Source: Fibrobacteria bacterium (lineage in GTDB: Bacteria > Fibrobacterota > Fibrobacteria > UBA11236). Taken from it: a stretch of DNA of 52,661 nucleotides. The translations under genes and the position numbers were made by a program. Where the stretch lies: positions 1-52,661 of the forward strand of contig JAYTSD010000035.1 of the NCBI GenBank assembly GCA_043745805.1, written 5' to 3'. Under the pieces are notes generated by a model that saw nothing but the letters and a program-made list of their open reading frames with translations, was not told the origin of the DNA and did no database searches. Below, piece by piece: positions 28,634-38,794 of the stretch (the first letter of the stretch is position 1; the number at the start of each line of letters is the position of its first letter).

Positions 28634-29170
28634 ATGAATCTTTATTTGACTTTAAAAGCCTTGCATCTGATTAGCGTGATTTCCTGGTTCGCGGGATTGT
28701 TTTATATCGTCCGTTTATTCATTTATCATGTGGAAGCCGAACAGCGTCCCGCTGCGGAAAAAGCCATTTTACAAACGCAATTCAATATTATGCAAAGGCG
28801 GCTTTGGTATGGCATTACTTGGCCAGCTATGGTAGCTACGGTAATTTTTGGAACAGCACTTATGTTACAAACCCAAGCCTACACGGCCTCTTGGTTGCAT
28901 CTCAAATTACTTTTTGTTTTTATGCTGGTGGGTTATCATCTATATTGCGGAAGTATTCGCAAAAATTTAATAACTGGTCGCAATAAATTAAGCTCCAAAC
29001 AATTGCGCTTATGGAATGAAGTGCCCACCCTATTTATGTTTGCGATTGTCTTTATCGCCGTGTCCAAAATGTGGCAAGGTCTCGGTTTAGGTTTAGGGAT
29101 TTTTTTCGCGATGGGTGTTTTACTGATGTTGGGATTAAAAGTCTTTTGCCGCAAAAATGATATTGGATAA
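28634..29170 (+). CDS. hemJ: Protoporphyrinogen oxidase HemJ
   Basis: KALHLISVISWFAGLFYIVRLFIYH, WLHLKL, RLWNEVPT. Confidence 0.9.
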   Translation: MNLYLTLKALHLISVISWFAGLFYIVRLFIYHVEAEQRPAAEKAILQTQFNIMQRRLWYGITWPAMVATVIFGTALMLQTQAYTASWLHLKLLFVFMLVGYHLYCGSIRKNLITGRNKLSSKQLRLWNEVPTLFMFAIVFIAVSKMWQGLGLGLGIFFAMGVLLMLGLKVFCRKNDIG

Positions 29171-30692
29171 AAAACCACAATTTATTCTCGCGCTCGACCA
29201 AGGCACCACCAGCTCTCGCAGCGTTCTTTATGATTTACGTTTTAACAAAATTGATTTTAACCAAAAAGAATTTCCGCAATATTTTCCTCAACCTGGTTGG
29301 GTAGAACATGATGCCGAAGAGATTTGGAAATCGCAATTCCTCACGCTTAAAACATTAGTAACCAAACACAAATTAAACGGCCATCAAGTTGCCGCCATTG
29401 GCATTACCAATCAACGTGAAACCATTGTAGCTTGGGATAAGCAAACCGGAAAACCTTTGGCCAAAGCCATTGTTTGGCAAGATCGACGAACCTCTGCCTT
29501 TTGTGAAAAATTAAAGCAAAAAGGTTTAGAAAAAAAGCTTCGCGCAAAAACCGGTTTGCTTTTAGATCCTTATTTTTCAGCCTCTAAAATGCATTGGCTA
29601 TTACAAAATAATACGGCAGTAAAATCTGCTGCCAAAAATAAACGCTTGGCATTTGGAAACATAGACAGCTGGCTAATTTTTAAGCTGACTGAAGGAGGCT
29701 CGCATGTTACGGATGTGAGTAATGCTTCGCGCACGCAATTGATGGACTTGCAATCTTTAAAATGGGATAAATCCTTACTGAACGTGTTCGCTATTCCAGA
29801 AAACACTTTACCGCAAATTCTCGCCTCGGATGCCCATTTTGGGGATGTCGCCTTAAAGAATTTACCCTCGTTGTCTGGCATTCCCATTCATGGCGTAGCC
29901 GGCGATCAACAGGCCGCTTTATTTGGCCAACGCTGTTTTTATTCAGGTAACAAAAAGAATACCTATGGCACCGGCTGTTTTTTATTGCGCAATATCGGAT
30001 CGAAATATGTTTCCCCATCGGCAGGTATTTTAGGAACCGTGGCTTGGAAGGTGCAAGGTCAAGTAACCTATGCGCATGAAGGCGCTGTCCTTGTGGGCGG
30101 AGCGGCAATTCAGTTTTTACGCGATCAATGGCAAATGATTCATCACGCTTCCGAAAGCGAAACTCTCGCGCAAAGTTTAAATTCCAATGAAGGTGTCTAT
30201 TTTGTGCCGGCATTTGCAGGCTTAGGCACACCTTATTGGGATTCACAAGCACGGGGATTAATCACCGGTTTAACGCGAGGCACTACCAAAGCGCATTTAG
30301 TGCGGGCGGCCTTAGAATCCATCGCCTATCAAAGTCAGGATTTAATTTCAGCATTAGGGCAAATTCCTAGGGTGAGCAAATCTGGCAAAATAAATACTCA
30401 AGCAAATAAAAATGATAATTTACATGTGGATGGCGGAGCCACACAAAATAATTTCCTCATGCAATTTCAAGCCAATATTTTTGGAAATAAAATATATGTA
30501 AGCCTTAACGCCGAAGTTACTGCGCGTGGAGCAGCTATGCTAGCGGCTTTAGGCTGTGGGGCGATAAAAAATTTAAAAGCTTTTGAAAAAATGCATTTCC
30601 CCGAAAAAATCTTTACTCCCAAAATGTCGGCCATACAAAGAAAACTTTTACTTTCAGAGTGGCAGCAAGCGGTGATGAGGGCAAGGACTTGA
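29157..30692 (+). CDS. glpK: Glycerol kinase
   Basis: LDQGTTSSR, GITNQRET, WQDRRT, GDQQAALFG, KNTYGTGCF, VDGG. Confidence 0.96.
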   Translation: MILDKKPQFILALDQGTTSSRSVLYDLRFNKIDFNQKEFPQYFPQPGWVEHDAEEIWKSQFLTLKTLVTKHKLNGHQVAAIGITNQRETIVAWDKQTGKPLAKAIVWQDRRTSAFCEKLKQKGLEKKLRAKTGLLLDPYFSASKMHWLLQNNTAVKSAAKNKRLAFGNIDSWLIFKLTEGGSHVTDVSNASRTQLMDLQSLKWDKSLLNVFAIPENTLPQILASDAHFGDVALKNLPSLSGIPIHGVAGDQQAALFGQRCFYSGNKKNTYGTGCFLLRNIGSKYVSPSAGILGTVAWKVQGQVTYAHEGAVLVGGAAIQFLRDQWQMIHHASESETLAQSLNSNEGVYFVPAFAGLGTPYWDSQARGLITGLTRGTTKAHLVRAALESIAYQSQDLISALGQIPRVSKSGKINTQANKNDNLHVDGGATQNNFLMQFQANIFGNKIYVSLNAEVTARGAAMLAALGCGAIKNLKAFEKMHFPEKIFTPKMSAIQRKLLLSEWQQAVMRART

Positions 30693-31702
30693 GTAATCCA
30701 TTGCATCAATTTTCGCCAAAATGGATTGTCGTTTTGCCACCCGAAGGCGCAGCGAGGCAAGTGGGAATAGAAATCAGTAAGGCATTTACTACTTTACTTC
30801 CCGAAAATCATTCGCAAAGTTTTGATTGCAAAAAATATTTGCAGGCTTATGATCAACTCTTAAAAACCGATGATCAAAATATTGGCATTGATTTAATGAA
30901 TCAAAATTTAATGGTGCAAGCTTTAGATTTTGGCGCAACCCATGTTTTAGTTATGGCGCTGTCCCCGATCACATTTTTTACCGCCAAGCTTTTGCAAAAG
31001 CAAGCGGTCAAAACTTTGCATTGGTTTGTAGAGGATTATCGTTCCACCCCTTATTGGCGCGAGATTATAGGCGCTTATGATATTTTCTTTGGCATACAAA
31101 GAGGAGTCTTAGAGCAAGCTTGCGCGGAGAAACATACACGTTACTTTTATCTTCCAACCGGAGCAACACCATTAACAATTATTGACAGCTCACAAGTTAC
31201 CCAAAAATTCGACATCGCTTTTGTGGGCTTACCGAGTTATTATCGAATTAATATATTAGAGTTTTTATTACAAGAAGGTTTAACTCTAGCCATTGGAGGA
31301 CTGGGATGGGATGGATATAAAGGATCTTTACAATCGTCCATACAAAAACCGACTTGGTTAAATGCAGAAGAATCTTCGACTTTGCTAAAATCTGCACGTA
31401 TAGGCTTACATTTGTCCTATGACAATCCAGCTCTAGATAGAGAGAATACCCATTTGAGTCCAAGGCATTTTGATATTCTGCAAGCCGGATTACCTTTGTT
31501 AACCGAGGAGTTTCCTTTGTTAAATGAGACTTTGACAGGATTTAGTTATGTGACATTTAAGAACGCGGCTGAGGCTTTGGGTGAAGCGAGAAAGATGTTG
31601 CAAGCGAATAATACTGAAGAAATGCTGCGAGTTAACAGTACAAAGCTAAATGCGGAGCATACTTATGTGCAAAGAGCCAAGCAGATACTCGCATGTGCCT
31701 AA
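30689..31702 (+). CDS. CgeB-like glycosyltransferase
   Basis: HWFVED, YLPTG, DIAFVG...YR, PRHFDI...G, EHTYVQRA; TTGA start/stop overlap with glpK. Confidence 0.75.
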   Translation: MSNPLHQFSPKWIVVLPPEGAARQVGIEISKAFTTLLPENHSQSFDCKKYLQAYDQLLKTDDQNIGIDLMNQNLMVQALDFGATHVLVMALSPITFFTAKLLQKQAVKTLHWFVEDYRSTPYWREIIGAYDIFFGIQRGVLEQACAEKHTRYFYLPTGATPLTIIDSSQVTQKFDIAFVGLPSYYRINILEFLLQEGLTLAIGGLGWDGYKGSLQSSIQKPTWLNAEESSTLLKSARIGLHLSYDNPALDRENTHLSPRHFDILQAGLPLLTEEFPLLNETLTGFSYVTFKNAAEALGEARKMLQANNTEEMLRVNSTKLNAEHTYVQRAKQILACA

Positions 31703-31781
31703 AAGTTGTATTCTTAATTACTTTTTAAGCTTTTGATTATCAAATCATTGTTTCATCTTTATTCATTTCCCAAAGGCAAAC

Positions 31782-32195
31782 ATGTCTGCAAAAATTTCGT
31801 TTTGGCTATCTTGGCTTCCAGCCTTAAGCTGCATGGCTTTGTTATTTTTTTTAAGTAGTCTGCCTGGCGACCAAGTTCATTTACCGGATTTTTGGAATAG
31901 CGATAAGCTGGTACATTTCCTAGCCTACAGCGGCTTGAGCTTAATGCTTTCTTCCCGCCTCTGGTTGCGGTCTAAGCTGGAAAAGCCTGTAACAAAAATC
32001 TCCCTCACGCATGAATGGATAAGCATACCCATAGGAATATTATATGGAGTCAGCGATGAAATCCATCAGCGCTTTGTGCCATTGCGAGAATTTAGTTATT
32101 TAGATATGCTAGCGGATAGCTGTGGAATTATTGCAGGGTACTTTTTGTTCGGCTTAATATTAACTTTTATGTTACGTCACCGTAAAGTTACCTAA
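31782..32195 (+). CDS. VanZ family membrane protein
   Basis: LFFLSS, DKLVHFLAY, YGVSDEIHQRFVPLR, DMLAD. Confidence 0.9.
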   Translation: MSAKISFWLSWLPALSCMALLFFLSSLPGDQVHLPDFWNSDKLVHFLAYSGLSLMLSSRLWLRSKLEKPVTKISLTHEWISIPIGILYGVSDEIHQRFVPLREFSYLDMLADSCGIIAGYFLFGLILTFMLRHRKVT

Positions 32196-33594
32196 AATTA
32201 ACCGGAATACGATTTTTGTCGCCACCTTTTTTCACATATTGGACAAAATAACCTTTGGCTTCATCAGGCAAGCTCAAACTTGCGTAGGCGCTGCCCATAT
32301 AAAAATAAGGCTCTACCGATTCATAGCAATAAACAATGGCATTGCGGCCATAGGGTAACACTTCTTTTAATTTGCCTTGCTTCAATTGAAATTTCATTGC
32401 CAATAAATTACCATTGCAGGAATAGGGATCTTCCCCTAAAATTAAACGGAGATGGCCATCCAGAACCGTAAAGTTTTCTTGATCCATAAAGTCATCCCAA
32501 AGATTAGTAACGGCCGCGATAGAATTAGGATGATTGCGCAATACGGAGCGATAAAAATATTTAGCCTGCTTTTCATAGCCGCGCATTTTTAATTGCGAAG
32601 CCACAAATTCTTGTTGAAAGGGATCCGTATAATTGGTTTTCAGACTATCCCAAACTTGATCGCCTTGAAATTTATTTCCTGTACTCGCAAATTGTCGGTA
32701 CAAATCAACCGTGATGACCGCCTTGATTTGATCATTAGCGGTTTCCAAAGCCTTTTGAAATTCATCTACGGCCTCTTCCGAATTATCTTCAGCTGCCGCA
32801 TCCATCGCCTTGATATAATGATATAACTCGCGTGTCACGGTAGAATTTTTGTTTTTATTAGCAAAATAACGAACATCCTTCCATTGTCCAAACAGGGCTA
32901 ATTGCACATTCGCCAACAAAGCAATTTCTTCTTGAGGAAACTTTTTTTGCAAAGTGGTTAAAATTTTTGGATCCGCGCCACCATTCAAATACAACGAGGA
33001 TAATAAATAACGTCTCGCGCTTTCAAAATCTATTTGTTCCATAAATCCGGATAAAATCGCTTGGCAAAGTTTATAATCACCTTGTCCAAATGCCAGCATG
33101 GAAGCTTTTTTAGGAAAAGGCATAAAGGTATGTGATTGCTCGGCCATAAAACGCAGCACAGTTAATTGCACCGATAACATTTTATCGCGTTCTAAAGCGG
33201 CTTGCAATCGTTCTAGTTGATCCGCATTCAACAATTTTAAATTGGGCATCCAATAAGCTAAACATTGACGCGTTAAATTTACTCCAAGCCAAAGCTCACC
33301 AATTTGTAAAATTATTTTTTCATCTTGATGTTTGGTTTTTACGGCTTCATCAAAATAACCTTTGGCTAAATCCACTTGATTATTACTCAAAGCCAAAGCA
33401 CCTAAAGCAAACCAATGTCTTGGATTTTCAGGTTCTTTTGCGACCAAGGATTGTAATGAATCTTCCGACAAAGCGCCGGCAACAGAGATGACGGGGGCTC
33501 CAAAAAACATTATGACTATCCCCAAACCGCCAAGTATGAGACGGTATTTTTGAAGGCTTAACCTTTTAAGCAAAAACCAAGGGCTTTTCAGCAT
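32188..33594 (-). CDS. Membrane-anchored or exported TPR-repeat protein
   Basis: N-terminal hydrophobic segment; TPR-like PENPRHWFALG...AKGYFDEAV and EPYFYMGSAY...EAKGYFVQYV. Confidence 0.7.
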   Translation of the reverse strand: MLKSPWFLLKRLSLQKYRLILGGLGIVIMFFGAPVISVAGALSEDSLQSLVAKEPENPRHWFALGALALSNNQVDLAKGYFDEAVKTKHQDEKIILQIGELWLGVNLTRQCLAYWMPNLKLLNADQLERLQAALERDKMLSVQLTVLRFMAEQSHTFMPFPKKASMLAFGQGDYKLCQAILSGFMEQIDFESARRYLLSSLYLNGGADPKILTTLQKKFPQEEIALLANVQLALFGQWKDVRYFANKNKNSTVTRELYHYIKAMDAAAEDNSEEAVDEFQKALETANDQIKAVITVDLYRQFASTGNKFQGDQVWDSLKTNYTDPFQQEFVASQLKMRGYEKQAKYFYRSVLRNHPNSIAAVTNLWDDFMDQENFTVLDGHLRLILGEDPYSCNGNLLAMKFQLKQGKLKEVLPYGRNAIVYCYESVEPYFYMGSAYASLSLPDEAKGYFVQYVKKGGDKNRIPVNFR

Positions 33595-33707
33595 ATAGAG
33601 AATCTACATAGTTGCATGCTGGATTTCCATTTAGTGTCCTTAGAGTGGATTTTATCAAAACACAAAGGCCATAGCAAGCCTTGATCCAAAAATCTATTTT
33701 TATTCCC

Positions 33708-35789
33708 ATGGAAAAAATACAGATGTATAGTAGCGGAGAAGTCATAGCCAATCGTTACACTATTGATCAATATATTGGCGAAAGTCCTGCAGGTCATATT
33801 TATTCGGCTTTAGAGCCGCTTAACTCCCAAAAATTAGTCATTAAAGTTTATCGAAAAGAATTCACAGAGCGATATTTTAATTCCTCTAACTTTTTTCTCA
33901 AAGCTAGTCTATTACGCGAATTTGCGCATGACAATCTCTGCACTATTCACGATGTGCAAGAAGATATGGGGTGTGTCTTTATTGTAAGAGAATGGATCGA
34001 GGGCGTTTCATTTGAAGCTTGGCTAAATCAAAATCCTCCTGTCGAAAACCTTTACGGAAAGGGTTTGGAGTTGATTTGGCAAGCCTGCCAAGGCTTACAG
34101 GAAATGCATCAAAAAGCCAAACATTTAAATATTCATCCTAATAATTTTTTAATTGGTTCCATGATGGCCAAGCTTTGTGACAATGATCCACGTGCCATTG
34201 ATAATACTGATATGACTCAATGTTTACCCATAGCAAGGAACTATGCAGGTTACCGTGCCCCTGAAGTACGCGAACAGGCTTTTTCAGCCTATCCTAGTGC
34301 GGATTTATATGCCATGGGCGCCTTGGTGGTACGTTTAATTGGCGGACAAAATCCGGGAGAAACTCCCGCAGAATTACAAAGACAGCTATCCAGATTACCT
34401 CGGGAATTTTCGGATTTTTTAGCCAAGGCTATGCATCCTAAGCCTGAGCAACGCTTTCAAACCGCCGAAGCTTTTTCCGATGCTTTATGGGCTTTGCAAA
34501 GCGCGGTCGATCAATTGCCCGCTCCTTCGACGTCAAAATCAGCGCGCTCACATGCCTCGGTGCCCACGGAATCATATACCTCCGAACCCATACCTGCAGC
34601 GATTTCACAACCGCAAGCAAAACCTACTTATACGGCACCCGTCCAAAATACACCGATGGCGAATGATGATTTTAATTTTGGTGATGTGGAAATGGGAGCC
34701 AGTTTCGCGTCCTCTAATGAACTGGAAAGTTTTAAATCCCCCACGGCATTCCCGACTAATACGCCCATTAATCAACCTGTTAATCCACCTATACAGCAAC
34801 CCACGCCCGCAGCAGCGCCCAGCGAAAACTTTGATTTTTATCCTAAAGGCGGAACGGATTTTTACCCAATTCCTACTCCTGCTCCCAACCCGAAACCAAT
34901 TCCCCCTAAAATGGAAAAGCCGAAAACCGAAACAATTGATTTTTTCACTCAACCACCGGAACTTCCAGCACCGCCAAAAAGAGAATATCGTCAACCCGCG
35001 CCTCCTCCTAAACCTAAAGCCGTGACCTTATCGGCCTTGGAAGAGGACTCCTCCTTCACTCAATTTGGTGATTCCATGAGCAATACCATGCTTGGGTTTA
35101 AAGGCACCAAAGAAGGCGGGCAAACGCTTTTCTCCAATGAGAAAAAACCACAAGGCAATCGCAAAATGCTTTTCATCTTTGGAGGCATTGCGGCGGCTTT
35201 ACTCATTTTAGTTGTTGTGATTATAGTTATGTTATCCTCGCAATCTAATACAAAACCCCAATCCGTGGCCGTAGAAACCGAAGCAGTGCAACCCGAAGCC
35301 GTAGCGCCCACTCAACCCATCACCCAAAGGCCCGATCCGTTTCCCCAAAAAGAACCGGAAATCGTAGCTAAAGAGCCCGTTCCCGAAATCAAGCCCCTAG
35401 TCAAGGAACCGATCGAGAATAAACCTGCACCGGAAAAACCCGCGCTTGAAAGCAAATATAAGGGTAACTCCAAGGTTTCACCGGAAAAAGAAAAAACCCT
35501 TACCGAGAACTTTGATCAAGGTATTTGGCCGGAAATGCCAGGCGAATGTATTCAAATTGGAAATGACTTTAATGATTTAGGAAAAACTGAGCCCGCGCAT
35601 GAAGCCTATGCCCAAGCCATGATGAGTCATCGTATTAGTGATAGAGAAAAAGTGCTCGCCTTAGGTGGCTTAGCCGTTACCTCTTATCAACTCGGCCAAA
35701 AAGAAGAGGCGCTACAAACTCTTGAACGCATTTTAACCATTCAACCCGATAATAAATTTGCCCAAAAAATGAAGACAAAATGGAAATAA
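33708..35789 (+). CDS. Hanks-type kinase-like protein (probable pseudokinase) with Pro-rich linker, TM helix and C-terminal TPR
   Basis: RYTIDQYIG, VIK, EWIEG, YRAPE, ADLYAMG, PEQRF retained; catalytic motifs altered. Start could be 33681, 33708 or 33723. Confidence 0.8.
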   Translation: MEKIQMYSSGEVIANRYTIDQYIGESPAGHIYSALEPLNSQKLVIKVYRKEFTERYFNSSNFFLKASLLREFAHDNLCTIHDVQEDMGCVFIVREWIEGVSFEAWLNQNPPVENLYGKGLELIWQACQGLQEMHQKAKHLNIHPNNFLIGSMMAKLCDNDPRAIDNTDMTQCLPIARNYAGYRAPEVREQAFSAYPSADLYAMGALVVRLIGGQNPGETPAELQRQLSRLPREFSDFLAKAMHPKPEQRFQTAEAFSDALWALQSAVDQLPAPSTSKSARSHASVPTESYTSEPIPAAISQPQAKPTYTAPVQNTPMANDDFNFGDVEMGASFASSNELESFKSPTAFPTNTPINQPVNPPIQQPTPAAAPSENFDFYPKGGTDFYPIPTPAPNPKPIPPKMEKPKTETIDFFTQPPELPAPPKREYRQPAPPPKPKAVTLSALEEDSSFTQFGDSMSNTMLGFKGTKEGGQTLFSNEKKPQGNRKMLFIFGGIAAALLILVVVIIVMLSSQSNTKPQSVAVETEAVQPEAVAPTQPITQRPDPFPQKEPEIVAKEPVPEIKPLVKEPIENKPAPEKPALESKYKGNSKVSPEKEKTLTENFDQGIWPEMPGECIQIGNDFNDLGKTEPAHEAYAQAMMSHRISDREKVLALGGLAVTSYQLGQKEEALQTLERILTIQPDNKFAQKMKTKWK

Positions 35790-35820
35790 GAGATATAAAG
35801 GAATTGCTTTTAAATAGAAG

Positions 35821-36270
35821 TTAAATTAAAGGGTATTCGCGAGGAAGCGATTCTGGCATCCAGGTGGCGCTATCACGACTGCGAATCACTTCCCCAGTTG
35901 GCTTCACGGTAATTTCAATACGCGATAAAGACAGTAGCTTTTTGTTTTGGGAATCGAAATATCCCAATGCCTCTACCGCCACATGATGATGTAGATCCAA
36001 AGCCGTAGAAAAAAAGTTATTAGGAAAACCCACCCAACATGCCAAAGAGTGCTCCCCATCAATGCGCCAATCATAACACCATTGATCGCCACGAAAGGGT
36101 CGCGGAATGCCAGGCTTATCTAAAGCAATAAATGATTGCTGACAATGGCCGCCAGCCTTCGCTTGTGAAATCAATAAGCCTTTTAAAAAAGGGCGCAAGT
36201 TAGGACTTTCAATTTTAGTCCTTAAGGGTAAAATAACCCGCGTGCTATTCGACAGAACAATGAAACTCAT
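35821..36270 (-). CDS. Hypothetical protein
   Basis: 149-aa ORF with ATGA overlap to the upstream ORF; no family recognised. Confidence 0.6.
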   Translation of the reverse strand: MSFIVLSNSTRVILPLRTKIESPNLRPFLKGLLISQAKAGGHCQQSFIALDKPGIPRPFRGDQWCYDWRIDGEHSLACWVGFPNNFFSTALDLHHHVAVEALGYFDSQNKKLLSLSRIEITVKPTGEVIRSRDSATWMPESLPREYPLI

Positions 36271-37520
36271 TTGGAAAAAAGTGTTTTTGGTGGTTCGGAA
36301 AGATACTGAACAATTTGTTCACGCAAAGGATTACCAATTAAATCCCAAGGCGCATATCCATAAGTTTCATCGAATACCGATTCCAAATGACTAAGCGTTT
36401 CACCCTGAAGCTGAAATAATTCTTTGAGCCCTGCTTCAAAAACCTTATTGCCATTATTAAGTGCTTTGACCTGATGACGAAAGTCTTGATGCGCCATTAA
36501 TAGTTTTGCCACCGCACGTAAAGCCTCTACAATGCGAGCTATAGGTAAGCCTGCAAAAGGCATTTCATTGGGCAGTATTTCGCTTGTGGAAGCACTTTTT
36601 AACAATCGCCAAAGCATAGAGTGGCGAATGGAAAATGCGGGGCTACCGTTTTTCAATAAACTTTGAAGTACAAGCGGTTTTTTTAAACCCTGTGGTTCTA
36701 ACCAAAATACCCATGCGCCATTTTCGGGAATGCCCATATCGCGAATTTTTAAAGACGCTTCATCACGAAAGGATTTTTCTTCTAAGCCAATTCCTCCACC
36801 AAACCAATGGGTAATCTTCTTGTTACGGTTAAAAAAACAACCGCCTTGTACTGTGAAAAACAATTCTGAATCCAGCTCGGGTGCTAAATTTTCAACCACC
36901 GCGCCAATCCAATTTTTAGGATCCCAATGTTTTTCAAAACTTACTGGAATTTTATCATAAGGATCGATTTGTAAATGCGCCATCAATAAAAGCTGTTCGC
37001 TCTCTTGAAAATGAAAAGTGGAAACCGCAAATTTTTCTACAAAATTTGAGGGTAACAAAGTGGGAAAAAACCTTTCGCTTAAATTGATAAAAGCGGGAGT
37101 AGTAGATGATTCATTTTCATCATAAAGTGCAATGTCCACACCGCCCGAATAGCCATGGCTGGGATTGAGTAAGGAGGATCCCACAATCTCTACCGAAAGC
37201 GATTTAAAGCGATCATTATCTTCGCTATTCCAAGCAAAACAATTATTGGGAATACCTAAATAATAAGAGTGATAACCTTCGCCAGCGGATAGACAAAGTA
37301 ATTCCCAATTTTTCCCATCATACGGTAAGTCTTGGCTATAACCAATTTTTAAAGGGAAAAATTCCTGACTAAATTTTCCACTTTTTGCCACAAAAACCAC
37401 CATCGCACCGGCAGCATCAGTTTTCGCAATAGCTTCATTTAATCGACTTGCAGTTTCGCGTTTTTCGAGGGAAATAGGAAGCAATACATTCTGAGAATGT
37501 AAGGCGATTTGATATGACAT
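36267..37520 (-). CDS. Hypothetical protein
   Basis: 417-aa ORF with strong AGGAGG SD; no family recognised. Confidence 0.7.
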   Translation of the reverse strand: MSYQIALHSQNVLLPISLEKRETASRLNEAIAKTDAAGAMVVFVAKSGKFSQEFFPLKIGYSQDLPYDGKNWELLCLSAGEGYHSYYLGIPNNCFAWNSEDNDRFKSLSVEIVGSSLLNPSHGYSGGVDIALYDENESSTTPAFINLSERFFPTLLPSNFVEKFAVSTFHFQESEQLLLMAHLQIDPYDKIPVSFEKHWDPKNWIGAVVENLAPELDSELFFTVQGGCFFNRNKKITHWFGGGIGLEEKSFRDEASLKIRDMGIPENGAWVFWLEPQGLKKPLVLQSLLKNGSPAFSIRHSMLWRLLKSASTSEILPNEMPFAGLPIARIVEALRAVAKLLMAHQDFRHQVKALNNGNKVFEAGLKELFQLQGETLSHLESVFDETYGYAPWDLIGNPLREQIVQYLSEPPKTLFSK

Positions 37521-37696
37521 GCGCCCCTCCTATTTGTCAGTAAAGTAACAATTCAAAAGTATTTGAGGACAGAAAAACCCAGACAATTCGATACTTTATA
37601 CCCAGAATTTGAATTTTCGCAAATACCCTGTATTAAATATGCTTTAAAGCTAATGCCATTCTTAAAGTAATACTCAATAAAAAATCATAACCCATT

Positions 37697-38665
37697 TTAC
37701 CGAGGATTCATCCAAAGTGTTTCCGCAATTATTAAGGCATGCTCTCCCCTTTCCGTAATTGGAAAGTCTTCTGGCAAAAGATGATTCTCCCAATTTTGCA
37801 AAATCTTTCCCTGTTCCAAGGCGGCTTCGGTTACCAATTGTTGAAAACTGCTTTCCTGCATTTGCGCATAATTGGTCAAGGCAAAAAGCCGACCTTCAGG
37901 AGCCAATAAAGCAATAGCCTTACCCGCTAAACGTTTATAATCCTTGCTGAACGAATAAACCTTACCCTCATGACGGGAAAAACTAGGTGGATCTAAAATA
38001 ATCGAGTCAAAGGTCAGCACTTTCTTTTTTGCCCAATCTAAAAAAGCTTCACTGTCCATTTTATGACAGCGCACCTTTTCTTCACTTAAGCCATTAAGCG
38101 CGATATTATTTTTCGCCCATTGCAAATAAGTGCCGGAAATATCCACATTATGTACATGCTCGGCGCTGCCTTTTGCCGCTGCCAAACCGAGTGATCCAGA
38201 ATAGGCAAAGAGATTCGCAACCCGCTGTCCTACGCAGGTATTATATAAGTTACGGCGTAACAGGCGTGTATCCAAAAAAAGTCCAACATTATGTGGATGT
38301 TGTAAATGAATTTCGAATTTCAATTCCGCTTCCTGAATCACAATGCATTCTGGGCAGTTCCCACTCAAATCGCGGCCACCTTCACGCTGATCTCCGGCTT
38401 TAGCATTTCTATCTTTGAACAATGCCCCAAGGCATCCCGTAATCCGTAATAATTCTGGCCACCAACTCTCAACCGATTCTGATATCCACGATTCATAAGC
38501 ATAAATCACCAAATACGCCCCATATACCTCGATAATCAGGCCCGATAATTCATGGCTGAGGCCATTGCATAAACGAAATGCTTCCGTATTTTCCCGCAAA
38601 GAAGCATAGCTATGCCAAGCATCGCTCAATTGGGAAAGCAGAAAAGTTTTTGTAGGCTGTGGCAC
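37697..38665 (-). CDS. RlmI/RlmK-family class I SAM-dependent methyltransferase
   Basis: GLFLDTR, NLFAYSGSLG, VDIS, ILDPPSF. Confidence 0.88.
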   Translation of the reverse strand: MPQPTKTFLLSQLSDAWHSYASLRENTEAFRLCNGLSHELSGLIIEVYGAYLVIYAYESWISESVESWWPELLRITGCLGALFKDRNAKAGDQREGGRDLSGNCPECIVIQEAELKFEIHLQHPHNVGLFLDTRLLRRNLYNTCVGQRVANLFAYSGSLGLAAAKGSAEHVHNVDISGTYLQWAKNNIALNGLSEEKVRCHKMDSEAFLDWAKKKVLTFDSIILDPPSFSRHEGKVYSFSKDYKRLAGKAIALLAPEGRLFALTNYAQMQESSFQQLVTEAALEQGKILQNWENHLLPEDFPITERGEHALIIAETLWMNPR

Positions 38666-38794
38666 GTTTTAGGCTCCAATCTCATTGCAAAACAAAGCAA
38701 ATTAACTCACAATCTAGCTGAAGCGATTTGCTGCCAGAAAAGTGGCCCAAAATTATATAAATTGAATGAAGTCTATTTACGGAAAGAAATAAAA

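Noticed and set aside
38612-38794. 61-aa N-terminal extension of zwf in the ORF track
   Set aside because: It overlaps the divergent methyltransferase start and the shared promoter region; G6PD similarity begins after ATG 38795.
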